NCBI RefSeq assembly: GCF_006345805.1
Contig: NW_021833527.1
Location: 1 to 28,538 of the forward strand
Source of the DNA: Octopus sinensis
Taxonomy: Eukaryota
Direction of reading: 5' to 3'
DNA: 28,538 nucleotides
Shown: positions 22,080 to 28,538 of the stretch, one piece after another
Position numbering within the stretch: position 1 is the first letter of the stretch
Layout: every line of letters begins with the position of its first letter
Position numbers and translations under genes: made by a program
Notes under the pieces: generated by a model
The model's database searches: none
What the model was told of the DNA's origin: nothing
What the model saw: the letters and a program-made list of their open reading frames with translations, nothing else

Positions 22080-22699
22080 TGTTATATTAATTATCTTTTT
22101 TATAATTTTGATATATATTAAATAATATAAATTAATTAATCTTATGTATTGGCTTTAATTTTTCATTGTATGATTTGCCTAATAGTGTTTTTATCTCTAA
22201 TTTAATATAATATATATTATATATATTATATATATATATATATAGCCAAGCAGGCGAAGATAGAGAGATCTAGATATGTACGTACACACATTCACATCTA
22301 TAAGTTCTGTAATGCTTAACAACAAACGACACAGTAAATAGGGAGAACTCAATACTTACAGAGTGAATATATGTATTTATACAATACGTATAGTCATGTC
22401 TTTAGCGAACCCGCGTATTTGCGCATACACACACGTGAACGTACACATATTAAAGTGTAGTTGTATTCAGTTGTTACACAGGCAACATGCAAACTGGGTA
22501 ATACATTTAAAATGGCATTCACTAGTTGTAAAATCAATACATGACTATTTCTGCTAAGTCTTACCATCGATTTACTCTTCCTCATTAATTAGTTGTAAAG
22601 ATAGCAATTATTATTGTTATTAATATTAATACTATTGTTTTAATAGCAATTATTATATTTTTTTATTTGCTATAAGGCTGCAGCGCAAGAAGAGTATAC

Positions 22700-23460
22700 C
22701 ACGCGCGCACACTTACACACGCGCACACTTACATACACCCACACTTACACACACACACACTTACACACATACACACATACACACACACACTTACACACAC
22801 ACACTACACACACACACTTACACACACACATACATACACACACACACACACTTACACACACACATACTTACACACACACACACCACACTTACACACACAC
22901 ACCTTACACACACACTTACACACACACACACTACACACACACATACTTACACACACACACGCTCACACACACTACTTACCACACCACCACACCTACACAC
23001 ACACACACTTACACACACACACACTTACACACACACACCACACTTACACACACACACACTTACACACAACTTACACACACATACACTTACACACACACAC
23101 ACACTTACACACACAACACTTACACACCACACACTTACACACAACACACTTACACACACACACATACACTTACACACACACACACTTACACACACACTTA
23201 CACACACACACACTTACACACACACACACTTACACACACACTCACACTTACACACACACACTTACACACACACTTACACACACACACACTTACACACACA
23301 CAATTACACACACACACACTTACACACACACTCACACTTACACACACACACTTACACACACACTTACACACACACACTTACACACACACACACACACACT
23401 TACACACACGCACATTTACACACACACATACTTACACACACACACACACACGCTCACACA
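22700..23460. repeat. CA-rich minisatellite of variable (CA)3-7-CTTA units
   Basis: Direct reading: dozens of ACTTACACAC units. Confidence 0.92.
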
Positions 23461-23999
23461 TGTATGCAATACGCACATACGCACCCAAATATTAAACATT
23501 GTTCTAACTAAAATATTTGTACATTTTGCAATAAAGTTTCAATAGAATAGCAACAATTAATAAAATATAAAAGATAAACACACTGTACCCCCACCCCATG
23601 GCTAGGCGTTATTTTAGCTTTGTTTTTCTTTTTTCTTTTTGTTTCCCTTTTTTTTATATATATAATTTTTTTTCCATTGCCGGTGTCATTGTATATTTTT
23701 TTAATTAGCTAAATAGGGAGTGCAGCCATGCGTAACCATGTGGTTGACTGGTTTTTTTGTTGGTTGGCTTGGAGGGCGAGCTGGCTGCTGTCTGGCAGGA
23801 TGGGTGGATGGATGGATGGATGGATGGATGGAGGGATAAATGGATCAATGGATGTTAGAATGAAAAGGCAAATGAGGAAGGAGTAAGGAGGGGGGGCTGA
23901 TGTGATGTGGTTTGGCTGTGGGTGGCTGATTGAGGCAGTGATGTGCTTTACTGCTTTGCTAATCAGCAAGTAAATCTGTAATAAAATATTGCAGCGTTT

Positions 24000-24763
24000 T
24001 ACGTGCTAGTGGTGGGGGTGGGGTGGGGTGGGTGTTGGGTGGGGTGGGTGTTGGGTGGAGTGGGGTAGGGAGTGTAGCGATAGACTTTTGTTGATGTCAT
24101 TGTTAGCGTTGTTAGCAAGGATCGTGGTGGTGCTGGTGCTGGTGCTAGTGGTGGTGCTAGTGGTGGTGGTGGTGCTGCTGCTGCTGGTTCTGGTGGTGGT
24201 GGTGGTGGTGGTGGTGGTGTCGGTGCTGGTGCTGGTGGTGGTGGTAGTGTCGGTGCTGGTGCTGGTGGTGGTGCTGGTGGTGGTGCTGGTGGTGGTGCTG
24301 GTGGTGGTGGTGCTGGTGGTGGTGGTGGGGGGGGGGGGTTGTATCGATAGACTTTTGTTGATGTCATTGTTAGTGTTGTTAGCAAGGATCGTGATGGTGG
24401 TGGTGGTGGTGGTGGTGGTAGTGGTGATGGTGCTGGTGGTGCTGGTGCTGGTGCTGGTGCTGGTGCTGGTGCTGCTGTTGCTGCTGGTGCTAGTGCTGAT
24501 GCTGATGGTGGTGCTAGTGCTGGTGCTGATGGTCGTGGTGGTGGTGCTGGTGGTGGTGGTGGTAGTGTCGGTGCTGGTGGTGGTGCTGGTGCTGGTGCTG
24601 GTGCTGGTGCTGCTGTTGCTGCTGGTGCTAGTGCTGATGCTGATGGTGGTGCTAGTGCTGGTGCTGATGGTGGTGGTGGTGGTGGTGCTGATGCTGGTGG
24701 TGGTGGTGCTGGTAATGGTGGTGGTGCTGGTGGTGGTGCTGGTAGTGGTGGTGGTGGTGGTGG

Positions 24764-24795
<32 letters not shown>

Positions 24796-25100
24796 GTAGT
24801 GGTGGTGCAGGTGCTGGTGATGCTGGTGGTGCTGGTGGTGGTGCTGGTAGTGGTGGTGGTGGTGCTGCTGCTGCTGCTGCTGCTCCTGGTAGTGGTGGTG
24901 CTGGTGCTGGTGGTGCTGGTGGTGCTGGTATTCGTCGTCGTCGTTCTTGTGTGCAATGTAGAGGGATCGGAGGTCATTTTGTTGTTTCCGTTGTAATTGC
25001 TTATGGTGGTACTGAGAATGTGAACAATGGTGATGCCGGTGGCTGTAGAAAGTGTATATAGTAATGGTAATGGTGGTAATGGCGGTAATGATCATGCTGG
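24000..25100. repeat. GGT/GCT/GAT trinucleotide low-complexity block with internal duplications
   Basis: Direct reading. The ~48-bp non-repetitive spacer CGATAGACTTTTGTTGATGTCATTGTTAG...AGCAAGGATCGTG is duplicated at 24078 and 24345, and a ~90-bp unit is duplicated at about 24445 and 24583. Confidence 0.9.
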
Positions 25101-25521
25101 TGCTGATGGTTGTAGTATTGGTAATGGGTTCGGATTATGTTTTGCTTGCTGGTATGCTAAGTCGTGGTGGGGGATGTAGCGATAGAGTTAGGTAAAATTT
25201 GGATTATTGGAAGGGGTCGATTGGAGGGATTTTGGGGACGTAGGTTTTACTTAGCTATACGTCAACCCTGATCAACATCGTTCCAGCAACGACCACCTCT
25301 ATTTCTTAATTTTCTTTTCTGTCCGGACAAATGTGTCCAATGTGTTCTCTTTCAAGACGAAGTGCAGAAGATAGGGTTGCTATTTCTATCAGGGCTTGTG
25401 ACCAGATAAGGTTCCTTCGTTGGAGTGTTTTTGCTGTGAGCAGTTGTTGTGGCAGTGACGTGGTTGATGGATATAACAGCGAATGCTGATGAATGGAACA
25501 GAAGTATCGATGTGATTAATG

Positions 25522-25522
25522 G

Positions 25523-25557
<35 letters not shown>
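25522..25557. repeat. (GTT)12 microsatellite
   Basis: Direct reading. Confidence 0.95.
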
Positions 25558-26609
25558 AGTGGTGGTTGGGGTGCAAAAGTGGTTGTATGTGTGGTGATCG
25601 GATAAATGATATTCTTGGTCCTGGCGAAGTGGTGAGAATAGGGAAGGGGATCATCATAGTGTTGGAGATTGATGGAGATTGTGATGCTGGTAGTTGTGGT
25701 GATGGTAACGGTGGTTGGTGGAGACAATGACGGTGACTGGAGTGGAGATGGTGAAGATGAACGTGGTGGTGGTGGTGGTGGTGGTTATGATAGTGCTAGT
25801 GATGATGATAGTGATGATGATAGTGATGAAGACACGCTGCTGGCAGGAATGATCATGGAAACGATCATTGGTGAAGGCGATGGTGATGGAAATGGTTATA
25901 GTGATGCTTGTGGCGACAGATTGTCATTGTGGAGTTCAGAGATGCTGATGTACACTGCTTACGTGGCAGTTGGTCTACTTAATTGCCGCTAAATGGCTAT
26001 AAGTAGCCGGCGAAATGAACAGGAAGAAGGAGTTGCTGGTGTGACGTGGGTGGGTTTTGTGAGTGGTGTAAAAGAGGAACAGCGACAGCAAAATGAATCA
26101 ACAACAATAATACATGATAAAAAGATTTTTTTTTTTTTAATTAAGTCCAATAACCAAACAGAAATATGAGTAACGATGGGTAAATGATATATAGATGATG
26201 GTAAAATACTAGTTACATGATGGGGATACAGGAAACGTATAGATGACTGGTGGCAGCTGGGTTAGATTTATAGTTAGATAATGTTGGGATGATGAGTTCA
26301 AGATACATGAATAGATGATGGGTGTGTGATGATTAGAGACTGAATAGTTAGTGTAAACATTATGACATTTGAAACAAAACTGGCATGACTGGAAAGAGAA
26401 ACAAACAAACAAACAAACAAAAAAAGAAATTAATGTGTGACTACGGCAAAGCAGGACCGCGGAGACAAGGAGACATATACGAATGATTAGAGAGAAGGAA
26501 AGAGAGATAGGGAGAGAAAGAGGAAGAAGAAAACAATATAAATATAAGGGAAAACTAGTAAAACGGAGAGTGAGTAATGCAAATATAGAACGCAAGTTAA
26601 TTACCAGAT

Positions 26610-26686
26610 GTATACGTGTGTGTACGTGTGCGTGCATACATATGTGTGTGATATGTGTGTGTGTGTGAATAATATGTGTGTGTGTA

Positions 26687-26733
<47 letters not shown>

Positions 26734-26772
26734 CTATATAATATGTGTGTGTGTGGGGTATATATATATATA

Positions 26773-26806
<34 letters not shown>

Positions 26807-26832
26807 ATATATATTATTATATATATATATAT
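26610..26832. repeat. Mixed (TG)n/(TA)n microsatellite
   Basis: Direct reading. Confidence 0.9.
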
Positions 26833-26993
26833 AGGTAAGAAAGTTGGTATGTGAAAGCACGTAGTTGAATATATAGAAATAGTAAAAAGTGAAAAAACTA
26901 CAGAAGGCTTGTTTTAAAGGTTAAAAAATATATATTTGAGTCAATATGTCTGAAGAATGTTATAATTTTTTTATATACAATGACATAGTATAG

Positions 26994-27215
26994 AAGAAAT
27001 GACCGGTTTCGCGTTCAGCTTTTCAATTTCTTAAAACGTTATGTTTACGTTGAGCGGTGATCTAGATAATAAGTGATTTCTTCCGGTGTAAGGGAGATAA
27101 TCGCTTAAAATTATTTGCCTTTCTTTTGGATTGAGTTTCTCTGTATAAGTATGTTGGAATGGTTAAGTTTGGGCTTGTATTTTTCAATGAAGAATGTTTC
27201 CTTGTTTAGTCTAAA
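26994..27215 (-). mobile_element. PLE 3' terminal segment (ORF end, 3' UTR, hammerhead-like motif), inverted relative to the adjacent PLE body
   Basis: Minus strand FRLNKETFFIEKYKPKLN matches the GIY-YIG C-terminus seen near 11020. The hammerhead-like motif is at 27032-26994. Confidence 0.65.
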
Positions 27216-27587
27216 ACAAACATCCCCTTCAACCTTGCAAGAAGGATATGCACAATAGTGTCAGAACAAAATACCAGGAACTTTAGACTGCAAGAACTCA
27301 AAAACACCCTAATTGACAGACATTACCCAGCTCAACTCATAGAGGATGGGATCAGACGTGCAACAGAAATCAACATAGAAACTTTAAGAAAAGTTCAACA
27401 CAACAACACACCTTCCTCGAAAATACTACCTTACATATCCACATACAACCCCAGAAACAAAGAAGCCTTCACCATCATCACCCAGAATTTACCAATACTT
27501 CATAAGGACCCCAAATTAAAGGAAATTCTAAACATACACCAAATCATTAAAAGCTACAAACAACCTAAATCACTTAAAAAGATTCTC
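27216..27587 (+). mobile_element. PLE internal segment (RT thumb/linker), open frame
   Basis: TNIPFNLARRICTIVSEQNTRNFRLQELKNTLIDRHYPAQLIEDGIRRA...LPYISTYNPRN...IIKSYKQPKSLKKIL is homologous to the 12067-12480 and ~11390 segments of the other PLE. Confidence 0.85.
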
Positions 27588-27591
27588 CCAG

Positions 27592-27760
27592 AGGGTTTTA
27601 GTCGAACAAATCGATCCCAGGACTTATTTTTTTAAATCCTGGTATTTATTCTATTGGACTCTTTTGCCGAACTGCTAAGTTATGGGGACGAAACGAAATA
27701 TATCAACACCGGTTGTCAATCGGTGGGGAGGAAAATCACACACACACACACATACATATA
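27592..27760 (-). mobile_element. Right monomer of SINE family B, lacking its tail
   Basis: Inverted near-copy of 28135-28285. Confidence 0.85.
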
Positions 27761-27799
27761 TATATATACATGCGTACCTTCTCTCTCCCTCCCGCCTAC

Positions 27800-27892
27800 C
27801 TACATACATACATGCATGCATACATACGTACGTACATACATACATACATACATACATACATACATACATACATACATACATACATACATACA
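27800..27892. repeat. (TACA)n microsatellite
   Basis: Direct reading. Confidence 0.95.
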
Positions 27893-27970
27893 TGTACCCA
27901 GGGAAGGTTCGACACGATTCGGACGAACCCCACCAGCGACTCTACATAAACACTTTCTATGTAAACACCC

Positions 27971-28345
27971 AGGCGTGGCTATGTAGTAAGAAGCTTGCTT
28001 CCCAATAAACATGACTCCGGGTTCATTCCCACTGCGAGACACCTTGGGTAAGTGTTTTCTACTATAACTTCGAGCTGACCAAAGCCTTGCGAGTGGATTT
28101 GGTAGACGGAAACTGAAAGAAGCCCGTCGTATATGTATGTGTGTGCTTTTCCTCTCCACCGCTTGACAACCGGTGTTGATGTATTTCGTCCCCATAACTT
28201 AGCAGTTCGGCAAAAGAGTCCAATAGAATAAGTACCATGATTTTAAAAAATAAGTCCTGGGATCGATTTGTTCGACTAAAACCCTTCAAGGCGGTGCTTC
28301 AGCATGGCGGCAGTCAAATGACTAAAACAAATAAAAGAATAAAAG
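27971..28345 (+). mobile_element. Bipartite SINE family B, full length
   Basis: Head, CORE-like CACCTTGGGTAAGT, short spacer, right monomer and (TAAAAGAA)2 tail. Confidence 0.9.
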
Positions 28346-28538
28346 AATATGAAATTTTTTTTTTAAATATTGTATTTATGGTGAGAGATTTTGAAATGAC
28401 ATTCATAAATGTACGTGCATGCATATTATTCATATTTGCAGCAGCATCACGAAAGCATCATTGCTGTTAATGTATTTCGTTCTACTTATGATTACCATTA
28501 TTGGTGAACTAACAGAATCGCTAACATGCCAGGTAAAG

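Noticed and set aside
22700-23460. CRISPR-like or telomeric array
   Set aside because: No unique spacers and no TTAGGG units; it is a simple CA-derived minisatellite in a eukaryotic context.
25280-25390. Higher-complexity island that could be a terminal exon on the minus strand (RTHWTHLSGQKRKLRNRGGRCWNDVDQG*)
   Set aside because: Peptide not recognised and no partner exons found. It would need RNA-seq or BLASTX.
25669-25992. 107-aa Gly/Asp-rich ORF
   Set aside because: Composition follows GGT/GAT triplet drift, the same as the neighbouring low-complexity DNA.

Overview
This is a repeat-saturated, AT-rich eukaryotic window. The SINE families and dense (GATA)n/(TACA)n/(TA)n microsatellites suggest an Octopus-type cephalopod genome (recognised from memory, not from a search). 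No intact host protein-coding gene is supported, and most listed ORFs are microsatellite read-throughs. Non-LTR retrotransposons: two closely related 5'-truncated Tx1/L1-clade copies (3424-4678 and 17453-20598, minus strand), each embedded in (GATA)n on both sides, with the same 3' junction and no poly(A); an older Tx1-like scrap (460-596); an R4/Dong-like restriction-like-endonuclease fragment (7917-8369); and remnants of at least three Penelope-like elements (PLEs), one with an inverted 5' structure. Three degenerate hammerhead-ribozyme-like motifs are also visible. Other elements: three tRNA-derived SINE families (about a dozen copies, several with visible target-site duplications, including a recurrent dimer) and two long-TIR MITE/foldback elements. 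A 109-nt 5' fragment of U1 snRNA starts exactly at +1 inside (TA)n and is joined to a repeat end found elsewhere in the window. Top leads are a candidate (GATA)n-targeting Tx1 family and the U1-headed chimera.
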